DNA from: a virus
DNA length: 47,596 nt
Direction: 5' to 3' (one strand)
Virus record (IMG/VR): IMGVR_UViG_3300050498_000023
Coordinates: 1 to 47,596 of that record
The notes below the pieces were generated by a model. It ran no database searches. It had not been told where the DNA came from and worked only from the letters and a program-made list of their open reading frames with translations. The position numbers and the translations under genes are program-made. Each line of letters starts with the position of its first letter. The first letter of the stretch is position 1. Positions 38,737 to 46,742 of this stretch are shown piece after piece.

Positions 38737-40113
38737 TTATTCACCTATGTATGCTGTTCTAATCGTAGGATTAGGAATTCGCAGACTTACCTGATTGTTA
38801 TAAATATCGACGCGCGCTTCCTTTGGTTTATTGACCACGAACAGACCACTCAAATCATCTTTGGGGGCAAGTGCGCGACCAGTTGGAAATCCAGTGTATA
38901 TTACATACAGCATTTGTTGAGATATACGTGATTCCTTAGTTGGCCCCTGCGGTGTTACAGGATTCCACAGAAATTCCGCACCAAATCCCCATCTATACAT
39001 GTTAGTTGCCGTGACAGACCCAGGAATAGTTAATCCTGCATTTCCCGTCTGCATGAAACTATTACTGGCTAATGATGTATTGCTTACTTCTGCGTTATTA
39101 TGATCTCTGTATAGTCCCCACGCCTCAGTCGCAGGTGTTCCCACATCTGCTCCAGTGTTAAAGAAGCCATAATACCTAATACTGCTTACCGTTGAATCAT
39201 TGTGAGGGACTGAACCCTTATCTACGAATTTAATAAAGTGAACTGCTTTGTAGAATGTAGGAACAGCAGGAGTAAGCCCAGGATCTATATATGCAACTGC
39301 ACTACCCGGACCAGTACCATCAGTATTAACCGGATACAGCCATGTAGGACATGGTTGCGCGGTCGCCAAATATGCAGGGTCATTCCAGCCACCTAATTGT
39401 CCGGCTGTAATCAAATTAGGTCGGTTAATATGCTGATCCCACATATGTCCCTGTTCCCAATTAAGTGACGTATAGGGATTAGCAATGTTACCTATATCTC
39501 CTGCTGTCCTTAAAGGACTGGCCCAAATTGGTCCCGGACCAGCTACTGGACCAGTGTTAGTATCCCATCTATTTGCCTGAGCCTCAAACTGTTCCTTAGT
39601 CAGTGCATCCTGATTCCAATACTTGAAGCAGCAAACATCCGCTATGTTACTGATGGCAACTACCAAGTTATAAAATGGGTCATTAATGCTATATCCCGTT
39701 CCTGCGGCAGTTACTTGCGTTAGTGTGACCGGACGTTCCCAGGGATTCGTGCTTAATGGATCTTCTACTCCAGCATAAACTGTAACATTAGCTCCACTCT
39801 TAGCAAAACAGAATACTTGCCATCTGTTGTGCAGGACAAAGCCTATGTCTGTAGAGGGAGCAGCAAGAGTTTTATCGCGTGCAGTCAGATGCCATACAAT
39901 TCCGTCATTCTGTATGATTATGTTCGACCCCCCGATACAGTTAAATCCGACTAATGTGTTCGGGACCGTGAAATACTGCTTGACCCAAATACAGAAACTC
40001 CACTTTTCCGACGCAGCAGGAGTTATACCTGGGAAAAAAATAGGCGGATTTTCAGACCCAGTAGTCTGAAATCTTATCAATTGCACATAACCCGCGCTAG
40101 ACCTAACCGACAT
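38737..40113 (-). CDS. 458-aa structural protein with an N-terminal LamG/ConA-like lectin-fold pattern (tail spike or receptor-binding candidate)
   Basis: WSFCIWVKQYFTVPNTLVGFNCIGGSNIIIQNDGIVWHL resembles the LamG_3 signature (f.vs.Wvk...). Confidence 0.45.
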   Translation of the reverse strand: MSVRSSAGYVQLIRFQTTGSENPPIFFPGITPAASEKWSFCIWVKQYFTVPNTLVGFNCIGGSNIIIQNDGIVWHLTARDKTLAAPSTDIGFVLHNRWQVFCFAKSGANVTVYAGVEDPLSTNPWERPVTLTQVTAAGTGYSINDPFYNLVVAISNIADVCCFKYWNQDALTKEQFEAQANRWDTNTGPVAGPGPIWASPLRTAGDIGNIANPYTSLNWEQGHMWDQHINRPNLITAGQLGGWNDPAYLATAQPCPTWLYPVNTDGTGPGSAVAYIDPGLTPAVPTFYKAVHFIKFVDKGSVPHNDSTVSSIRYYGFFNTGADVGTPATEAWGLYRDHNNAEVSNTSLASNSFMQTGNAGLTIPGSVTATNMYRWGFGAEFLWNPVTPQGPTKESRISQQMLYVIYTGFPTGRALAPKDDLSGLFVVNKPKEARVDIYNNQVSLRIPNPTIRTAYIGE

Positions 40114-41716
40114 CTAAAATCTCCGTAGGATTTCCAGAAATTAAATCAGGACCAATAGCTCCGAGTACTAATCTGTCAGTTTCGGCTAGTGTGATGCTGT
40201 TGATGTTCGCGTCGTATATCCACTTAGCCCATCTAATTTCCTTCGCATTCATTCCGTTCTTGTAGTCCGCGTGTAACAGCACCTTCCTGAACGGCGGAGG
40301 CAATGTAATCCAGAGTTTCTTATTGATTGAATCATTTACAATCTGTATTAGATGGAATTCATTTCGGTCCAATCCTCTCCAAAAATCTTCAATCTTCCAG
40401 GACATTTCAGGCTGTGCATATACGCCGTTGAATAGCATCAGACCTGACCAGTCCACAATGATTAGAAAGTCGATGTTCACGCCGCCCGTGTCTAACACCG
40501 TTGCTATTCCATGAACAGGTGAGCCTATACCTTGGTCCAGTAGTTCTTCCTGCCATGTTACTGGTTCATCATAGTTATCTGAGTATGCGTATGTTCTAGT
40601 TTTCTTGAATATATACATGACATCCCTAAATTCTTGGACGCATGTTAGTGGATGACCATCTAGTGGAACAACTATGATTCCTTCTACCTTGTTTATTGCT
40701 TCTGGTTCACCTGCGACTGACAATCTAGCAATTGATCTGTTGTCTGTGATTCCTGCTGGTAGTCCTGTCAATGTTTCAGTCGTACCAAATTCTCCGACTA
40801 TCACGAGCCGAGAATGATACGTGTTCAGATATACACCAGCGGGAATCTCAGCAAAGTTATCAGCTAGGTGCGATGCGTCACTTAGCAGGTCAGCATCAAA
40901 GAAGTTGATAGTTTTCGTAGTATCGATGTTATTATCAATATTTCCTCCTGGAATGAAGAAGTATTGATATCCCTTCTGATCACCATTGTATTCCGGTATC
41001 ATTTTCGTAGATACCAGATGTCGCTTCTTGACCCAAGCGTTAGGTGATACAGGAATATTCGATACGACTATATCATGCGTACCAGTGAATGTTACTTCAG
41101 CTTTAACATCTGGTCCTATTGATGTGAAATAACCAGTGTCCGTCTCATATACCACTCCGATGATGTGAAATCCAGCATCAGATTTAATTCCCGTCGTGAT
41201 TGCTCCCATTGCAGCAGTCATCGGCGGGCCTACAGGTGGAGTCCCGGCCGCTTTACGCGCCGCAGTTCCATCACCTTTGTAGACGTAAATGAATTCGTTT
41301 TGAATTCCTAGCTGATACTTTTCACCATTCTCATTCGTGTATGTCTTGAATGGACTGATATACGCGCGCCCGTTAATCGCGACGAACCCAAAATCCTCCA
41401 TCGCTGCGATGGTTAGAATCGGCCCAACTATCGTCCTAGGTGAACCTTTAATGTGATAGATGTTCCCTCCTTCAGTCAATACCAGGAGAGTTCCACCCTG
41501 CTGTGTAATGTAGTTATAGATTCTTAGAGGCTTCAGAATGACACTTGGATTGACATAGGAGGTTATTCCCTCCCTAGTCTCAAGTCCAGACTGAAAATAC
41601 TGAACATTATCAGCCTGAATGAAGTGGTCAGATGGAGCAGATTCGGCGTCACCTCTACTCCACCAGCCAGTAAAGTCTTCAATTACGAGTGGTTCGTGGT
41701 CCCTAGTAGTCGGCAT
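40103..41716 (-). CDS. 537-aa tail structural protein (nozzle / tubular-B-like by position)
   Basis: Large beta-rich ORF after a 240-aa adaptor-like gene, in a T7-like order. No motif evidence. Confidence 0.4.
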   Translation of the reverse strand: MPTTRDHEPLVIEDFTGWWSRGDAESAPSDHFIQADNVQYFQSGLETREGITSYVNPSVILKPLRIYNYITQQGGTLLVLTEGGNIYHIKGSPRTIVGPILTIAAMEDFGFVAINGRAYISPFKTYTNENGEKYQLGIQNEFIYVYKGDGTAARKAAGTPPVGPPMTAAMGAITTGIKSDAGFHIIGVVYETDTGYFTSIGPDVKAEVTFTGTHDIVVSNIPVSPNAWVKKRHLVSTKMIPEYNGDQKGYQYFFIPGGNIDNNIDTTKTINFFDADLLSDASHLADNFAEIPAGVYLNTYHSRLVIVGEFGTTETLTGLPAGITDNRSIARLSVAGEPEAINKVEGIIVVPLDGHPLTCVQEFRDVMYIFKKTRTYAYSDNYDEPVTWQEELLDQGIGSPVHGIATVLDTGGVNIDFLIIVDWSGLMLFNGVYAQPEMSWKIEDFWRGLDRNEFHLIQIVNDSINKKLWITLPPPFRKVLLHADYKNGMNAKEIRWAKWIYDANINSITLAETDRLVLGAIGPDLISGNPTEILDVG

Positions 41717-42438
41717 TAGTATCCACCACGAGCCTTAAATGCAGCTCTGAAGGGTCTATGACGAGTCATGATACTCTGGCGACCCTTGTTACTAATCGCT
41801 ATGGCCCTGTCTATTGCTTTCTCTGCTTGAGCCTCTAATACGGCTGCGCGCGTCTCATTTTCTCCAATGAAGAAAGCACATAGAGCCGCAGTCTTGTATG
41901 CGAGGTAAGTGCGTGAGTTAATCGCGTGAATTATATCATTCTCATTTACTACGTAGTTGACTCCCTGAATCACATACTTCAATTCAATTTCTAGTCTGAG
42001 ATTCGCTCCACCCGGATTGAACCTGATTACTAGTAGATCCCAAGTCCAGAATAGGAGAGAGTTAGTGGTAGGAAATCTCTGGTTAAATTCTCTGTGTGGT
42101 AATGGGTGGAATGCTTTATTACTTCCTTCAGGTCGTTCACCAATCTCCTGAATCTCAACCAAATTGTCCGGATATTTCGGATATCCTGGAGTTGTATCTT
42201 CTTGTCGAACAATAGCATCTACTCCAACTGGCATAATAATCTGATAGGGCGTGTAGTTAGTTGATGTGAAATTAGATACGGGAGCGTTAGCCTCCGCCAT
42301 CATGTCAGAGAATTCCTCAATTGCCATGTTCAGGTAAGGAACCATGACATTATATTTGTAATCAGTTTTATTGGGATCATTTAATAGATTCGCAACACGA
42401 TCCATTATCTGACCCGCTGATACGGCTGTGGTGCTCAT
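41716..42438 (-). CDS. 240-aa head-tail adaptor / tubular-A-like protein (by position)
   Basis: ATGA and TAATG coupling; positional call only. Confidence 0.35.
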   Translation of the reverse strand: MSTTAVSAGQIMDRVANLLNDPNKTDYKYNVMVPYLNMAIEEFSDMMAEANAPVSNFTSTNYTPYQIIMPVGVDAIVRQEDTTPGYPKYPDNLVEIQEIGERPEGSNKAFHPLPHREFNQRFPTTNSLLFWTWDLLVIRFNPGGANLRLEIELKYVIQGVNYVVNENDIIHAINSRTYLAYKTAALCAFFIGENETRAAVLEAQAEKAIDRAIAISNKGRQSIMTRHRPFRAAFKARGGY

Positions 42439-42632
42439 TTTTTCTCAGCCTTCTTTTGGGCTTCTTCTGCATCTTCCTTCGCGAACTTCTTTTCTTGCTC
42501 TAGATGTCTGTTTGAAACTTCTTCTACAGACTTCCTTAAAACATCCCTCTCTTTATTTCTCCTCTCCTCCTTTTCTTTCGCTGCTTGTTCCTCCGATACT
42601 TCTGGTTTTGCATTAGGTTTTTGGTCAGTCAT
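42435..42632 (-). CDS. 65-aa Lys/Glu-rich protein
   Basis: Strong RBS aggagg; sequence EEQAAKEKEERRNKERD.... Confidence 0.55.
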   Translation of the reverse strand: MTDQKPNAKPEVSEEQAAKEKEERRNKERDVLRKSVEEVSNRHLEQEKKFAKEDAEEAQKKAEKK

Positions 42633-42647
42633 TGTTCCTCCTATGCC

Positions 42648-42691
42648 TATGACAGAACAAAGGTCCAGTTATGACAGAACGAAGGCCCAGT
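42648..42691. repeat. 22-bp tandem direct repeat (2 copies, 2 mismatches)
   Basis: tatgacagaacAaaggTccagt (42648-42669) and tatgacagaacGaaggCccagt (42670-42691). Copy 2 is the 3' end and stop of gene 42669..42905. Confidence 0.9.
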
Positions 42692-42905
42692 TTCCAGCAG
42701 TCACCGTGCATGTTACCGTAGTAACTGCACTCAGTTCGTATTCTTTGATCTGATTACCCGATTGAGTTTCCGTGTGCACCTGAAGAATCTTATCATTCAG
42801 GTCGAAATCCAATCGCGTAACATTTGGAATCACAGCAGCCGTACTAGCTCTGTCTGGTCCCGTTTTCGCCGTAATCGTTACTTGATGTGGCATCTTTCTC
42901 TCCAA
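42669..42905 (-). CDS. 78-aa hypothetical virion-module protein
   Basis: ORF in the operon; its last 7 codons plus the stop are duplicated downstream. Confidence 0.5.
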   Translation of the reverse strand: MERKMPHQVTITAKTGPDRASTAAVIPNVTRLDFDLNDKILQVHTETQSGNQIKEYELSAVTTVTCTVTAGNWAFVLS

Positions 42906-42919
42906 TTCTCTCCAATCAA

Positions 42920-43615
42920 CTACTGAGCGAAGGTCAAATTCAACTTCTTCGCTAATTCCGGGTCCGCGATTGCCTTACATGTCTGGCAGATGGGGAAATT
43001 ACTGTTACGCAGGCTACCACACGCAACACATCGCACTAATTCTGCGTGTTGCACGTCGCCCAACCACGGTTTCTGCGTGATATTCAACTCTTTACACGCC
43101 ATCCGCGCATCTTCACTGATTGACAGGGGATTTCCGTTACTCCGGCTCCACAGAATATCCGCAATTCTAATCAGTTCTAGGAACCAGTTCTTCTGCTGCT
43201 CTTTAGCCTTAATTAAGAGAGGAAGATGTTCCTTTTTCAGCTTATCTACACTAAACTCTCCGGGAATATAGAATAAACCCGGCATCTTACCCGCCATATC
43301 ACAAGCCAGCAGACCATTACAGTAGTCTCGCACAATAGAATCAGCAATCTGAATGCTCGATACTGGAATTTCAAGTAGTGGTTGATTTTCATCAATTTCT
43401 CTCCACCAACTCGATGGTCCGACTACCAGAATTGATGGATTCTCGAAGTTTCCGGGCTTCAATGCAAAGAATCCCGGCTGACATGTAGGTTTACGCTCCT
43501 CAATCAGCTTCGGTAGTATCGACACTACCGTGCTCTTATCCATAGGATTGACTGGAGCGCGTATAGTGCGACGATTATTCTGTTGTAACAGCCCCGGAAA
43601 TTCACCGACCTGCAT
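42920..43615 (-). CDS. 231-aa hypothetical structural-module protein with a C-terminal CxxC...CxxC
   Basis: CVACGSLRNSNFPICQTCK near the C-terminus; no family recognised. Confidence 0.5.
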   Translation of the reverse strand: MQVGEFPGLLQQNNRRTIRAPVNPMDKSTVVSILPKLIEERKPTCQPGFFALKPGNFENPSILVVGPSSWWREIDENQPLLEIPVSSIQIADSIVRDYCNGLLACDMAGKMPGLFYIPGEFSVDKLKKEHLPLLIKAKEQQKNWFLELIRIADILWSRSNGNPLSISEDARMACKELNITQKPWLGDVQHAELVRCVACGSLRNSNFPICQTCKAIADPELAKKLNLTFAQ

Positions 43616-43618
43616 GAT

Positions 43619-43831
43619 TTACTCCACCTCTTGATATGTAGTCTCGAATTCATCTTTCGGAATGACGTAAGGATCACCTACGTCATCAATTGCTAGGTAA
43701 TCTCCAGCTTCTCCCACAACACTTTTCTTGGGAGCCTCATTCTTGATGATAAATTTCACATCCATCTGCCTCGCAAGGAGATTATTCTTCTTGCGATATG
43801 ACTTGAACGTGGTCAATTCGCCTACAAGCAT
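43619..43831 (-). CDS. 70-aa hypothetical protein
   Basis: I prefer the internal ATG at 43831, 1 nt after the upstream stop. The track start at 44011 would overlap the 180-aa gene by 179 nt. Confidence 0.45.
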   Translation of the reverse strand: MLVGELTTFKSYRKKNNLLARQMDVKFIIKNEAPKKSVVGEAGDYLAIDDVGDPYVIPKDEFETTYQEVE

Positions 43832-43832
43832 A

Positions 43833-44375
43833 CTAATTTTCCTTTTTGTAGTTGGATGGGACACTGATTCCCTCTTTGTACCTGAGCGCGTCCGCTGTTT
43901 CAGTTTCATTGCCAAATAATTCCAACTGAAGCTCTGAAATTCGCTGTTCACGACCTTCAGGAGTCGTGTTTTTCTCGTCGTCCACGTATTTCGCCAAACT
44001 CTTTTTACCAAGCGCGGCGTAGAGACAGTCGATTATGAACTTCGTCGCGGACCATATCGGAGGTAATGGATTGTCATCACCATCACGATACGCCCAAATC
44101 GGCTCATAACTCACTTTGGAGGTAGGGAGTTCATGTTGATTTTCTTCAGGAACTACTACCAACCTCTCAAGAACGTGTGTATTCCTCAGATATGGATATT
44201 TCCTCATCTCCATCACAACAGGATACAACAATCGGGTACCATTTTCCAAATAGTTAGTTAGTCTTTTCTCTGTCTGGTCATTAGCCCACACAATTCTAAA
44301 TATGGGCTGACCCGTTGTAGAGTCAGCCCCATACTCATCAATCAGTCTAGTGTTTAATGTCTCGATAGATTCCAT
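43833..44375 (-). CDS. 180-aa hypothetical head-completion/connector candidate
   Basis: Position downstream of the capsid block; no motif evidence. Confidence 0.45.
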   Translation of the reverse strand: MESIETLNTRLIDEYGADSTTGQPIFRIVWANDQTEKRLTNYLENGTRLLYPVVMEMRKYPYLRNTHVLERLVVVPEENQHELPTSKVSYEPIWAYRDGDDNPLPPIWSATKFIIDCLYAALGKKSLAKYVDDEKNTTPEGREQRISELQLELFGNETETADALRYKEGISVPSNYKKEN

Positions 44376-44669
44376 TTAGACACCAGAGTTGATAATCCAT
44401 TTACCCAGCGAGCGAACGAACACCATGAATAGAGCGCGATTCTGGGCGGCTGCAACACCTACCAGAATATTTCCGCTCGTTCCAAGTGTAACACCCGCAG
44501 CATTAGTTGGAATCAATACAAGGAATCCGCCAAAGCCTCCCCCAAAATTTGGCAGAATTGTATTGATTGCAGTAGTTCCTGTAACGAGTACGATGTCAGT
44601 TTTGGCACTGATGATAGCCGCGCTCGCTACCGTACTTTCACTCAGTTTACTCGTGGTTCCTGGAATCAT
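44376..44669 (-). CDS. 97-aa small beta-rich protein, paralog B (decoration or head-fibre candidate)
   Basis: The ATG at 44669 has aaagagg 5 nt upstream. It aligns with 44755..45057: VASAA.I...T..VLVTG..AI.TI.P ... AGVT.GT.GNIL. Confidence 0.55.
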   Translation of the reverse strand: MIPGTTSKLSESTVASAAIISAKTDIVLVTGTTAINTILPNFGGGFGGFLVLIPTNAAGVTLGTSGNILVGVAAAQNRALFMVFVRSLGKWIINSGV

Positions 44670-44714
44670 GTTACCTCTTTCCGCCCACCACCCACCGCTA
44701 TATGCTAATACCTT

Positions 44715-44733
44715 CACACTCGGGGCGAGTGTG
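44715..44733 (-). terminator. Hairpin between the two paralog genes (attenuator candidate)
   Basis: CACACTC / GAGTGTG 7-bp stem with a 5-nt loop; no U-run. Confidence 0.3.
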
Positions 44734-44754
44734 TCCCAGCTACTAGCATGTTAA

Positions 44755-45057
44755 CTAGCCGACCGGAACGTACTTCTGTGTATTCGGATTGAACACGAGC
44801 AACATGACCTGACCTGCTACTGATGCAGTAGTAGTCAGAATGTTACCAGTTGCACCCGTCACACCCGCAGTTCCAGCGAACTGAATTGCGAGCATGTGTC
44901 CGTGCGGTACTGGCGGAGTAATCGTCACAATCGCTACGTTACCCGTCAGTACTGTGAGGAATGTAGTCGGTGCGATAGTAGCTGCACTGGCTACAGTTAC
45001 CGGCGCGACGTTGTTGGCAGGATTCAACGCTGCCCAATCGCTTGCCACTAGGGGCAT
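44755..45057 (-). CDS. 100-aa small beta-rich protein, paralog A
   Basis: RBS gagagagg; similar to paralog B and more weakly to 9559..9798. Confidence 0.55.
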   Translation of the reverse strand: MPLVASDWAALNPANNVAPVTVASAATIAPTTFLTVLTGNVAIVTITPPVPHGHMLAIQFAGTAGVTGATGNILTTTASVAGQVMLLVFNPNTQKYVPVG

Positions 45058-45061
45058 GATG

Positions 45062-45478
45062 CTACCTCTCTCTTTCTAAGTAATCCATGATTTTCTGAAC
45101 TCTCTCAGGATCTTCTTCCAAAAATCCTATTGCTATATTACACGCATAACACAATAGACCTCTCACTCTACCAGTTAGATGATCATGATCTACGTGTAAC
45201 CTAGCATTTTTTCCGAGAGTTTTACTTTCTTCGCGACAAACGGCACACCTAAAATCCTGCGATACCAGTAAATTATCGTATTCTTCTTCACTGATACCGT
45301 AAAGTCTTTTCAGATGATTATCCCTTTGTCGTTCTTGTCCTACTCGATCTCTACATGTTATACACTGCCTACGAGTTTTTCCATCAGGCTTTGTATAATG
45401 ATAGGTATTCTCTGGGGTAAACTCGTGCCCATACTTACAATGAGTTTTTTCAGAATTCCTATCCATGCTGTGCTTCAT
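45062..45478 (-). CDS. Endonuclease VII-family (T4 gp49-like) nuclease with an N-terminal zinc finger
   Basis: LHVDHDHLTGRVRGLLCYACNIAIGFL is the Endo VII signature. The N-terminal zinc finger is HCKYGH...CITCR. The ATG at 45478 lies 1 nt after the capsid-gene stop (the track start at 45511 overlaps it). The gene is AT-rich: 21 of 60 G/C at 45121-45180. Confidence 0.75.
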   Translation of the reverse strand: MKHSMDRNSEKTHCKYGHEFTPENTYHYTKPDGKTRRQCITCRDRVGQERQRDNHLKRLYGISEEEYDNLLVSQDFRCAVCREESKTLGKNARLHVDHDHLTGRVRGLLCYACNIAIGFLEEDPERVQKIMDYLERER

Positions 45479-45479
45479 A

Positions 45480-46733
45480 TCAGTATCCAACTGGTACAGC
45501 AAGAGCATCAATGTAAGAACAAGCCGCTGGATTACTTACAAAAGTTTGCATCCCAACGACCATGTAGAAGATTTCCGCCGCAGCCACACCACCAGATGCG
45601 CCACGAATCTCGAAAATCTTACGCCCGTCCGTAGTGTAGAATCCGATGGGCAGAATCTCACCACGTCCCCACACTTCATCGACCACGAAGTCGATGCGTG
45701 TCTTGTCCCAGTTAAACGACGGAGTAACTGGCGCACCAGCCAACTGCATGTTGGAACCACCGAAATACATGTTCAGTGATTCTTCTTTTGCAGCTTTCTG
45801 GATGATGCTTACGAGTTGACCAATCTCCTCGTAAGCCTGCTGCTGACATGGATGCGTCCATGCTTTCGGTGAGAATGAATTCTCGATACCGACACGATTG
45901 CCAATCTTATTGATTGCCAAACGCGGTAACGGTAACGTTAGCGCCGAACCACCCGCGTTGACTCGATTTGCACGAATCTCTGGAGTAGTGCTGCGCGAGA
46001 ATCCCAACCATGTACCAGCACTCGCGTTCGAGTGATGATACGGCACACCGAACAATGCAGGCAATGAAGCTGGTGCAGTAAGACCAGCAGTCACCAACTT
46101 ATCACCCGCACCTACGCCAGCGACTTGTGGAGTCAAACTGATTACTTTGTTCTCCACATCCCACTGAGTGATAAGAGCTTCACCCTTTTTCGTGGTCAAG
46201 CCCGTATCCCACACTTGCACCGTCTGACCGTATCTGACCAATCGTGCGCCAAATCCATCAGTTGTCAGTGTGAGTACGTTTGATCCGCCAGCGGGTGTAT
46301 CAGTAGTGACTACACCTACCACACCATCACCAGTCTGCATCATCTGACTATCCAACTGTCGGCGCATTTCATCCAGTGCAGTTGCAGTCAAACGACGTAC
46401 AGAATTGATGATGGCTTTGCGCGCATCATCTGTTGCCCACTGCGTCAACTTGGTGTATTCGATGTTCTCACTCAAGAAAACACAGTTCAGAACGGCCTTA
46501 TCAAAAGTAGGTCCACCACCTCGACCCAGATCACCACCATCAGGATTGAAGTATTGGAAACTACCTCCGGGCCTGAGTTCCAATGGAACACGCATTTGAC
46601 GGTGTGAAATCTTCTCCACATCCCGCTTTTTGATGTTCGCATAGAACTTGTCATCGCGCTCAAACAGTACACGGACTTTTGGAACAACTTTCTCCAACTC
46701 AAGTGCCGCGACTTGAGCCTCATTTACAGCCAT
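45480..46733 (-). CDS. Major capsid protein (putative)
   Basis: 417-aa ORF with a strong RBS gagggg, immediately after the scaffold-like gene. Positional call. Confidence 0.65.
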   Translation of the reverse strand: MAVNEAQVAALELEKVVPKVRVLFERDDKFYANIKKRDVEKISHRQMRVPLELRPGGSFQYFNPDGGDLGRGGGPTFDKAVLNCVFLSENIEYTKLTQWATDDARKAIINSVRRLTATALDEMRRQLDSQMMQTGDGVVGVVTTDTPAGGSNVLTLTTDGFGARLVRYGQTVQVWDTGLTTKKGEALITQWDVENKVISLTPQVAGVGAGDKLVTAGLTAPASLPALFGVPYHHSNASAGTWLGFSRSTTPEIRANRVNAGGSALTLPLPRLAINKIGNRVGIENSFSPKAWTHPCQQQAYEEIGQLVSIIQKAAKEESLNMYFGGSNMQLAGAPVTPSFNWDKTRIDFVVDEVWGRGEILPIGFYTTDGRKIFEIRGASGGVAAAEIFYMVVGMQTFVSNPAACSYIDALAVPVGY

Positions 46734-46742
46734 AATTCCCCT

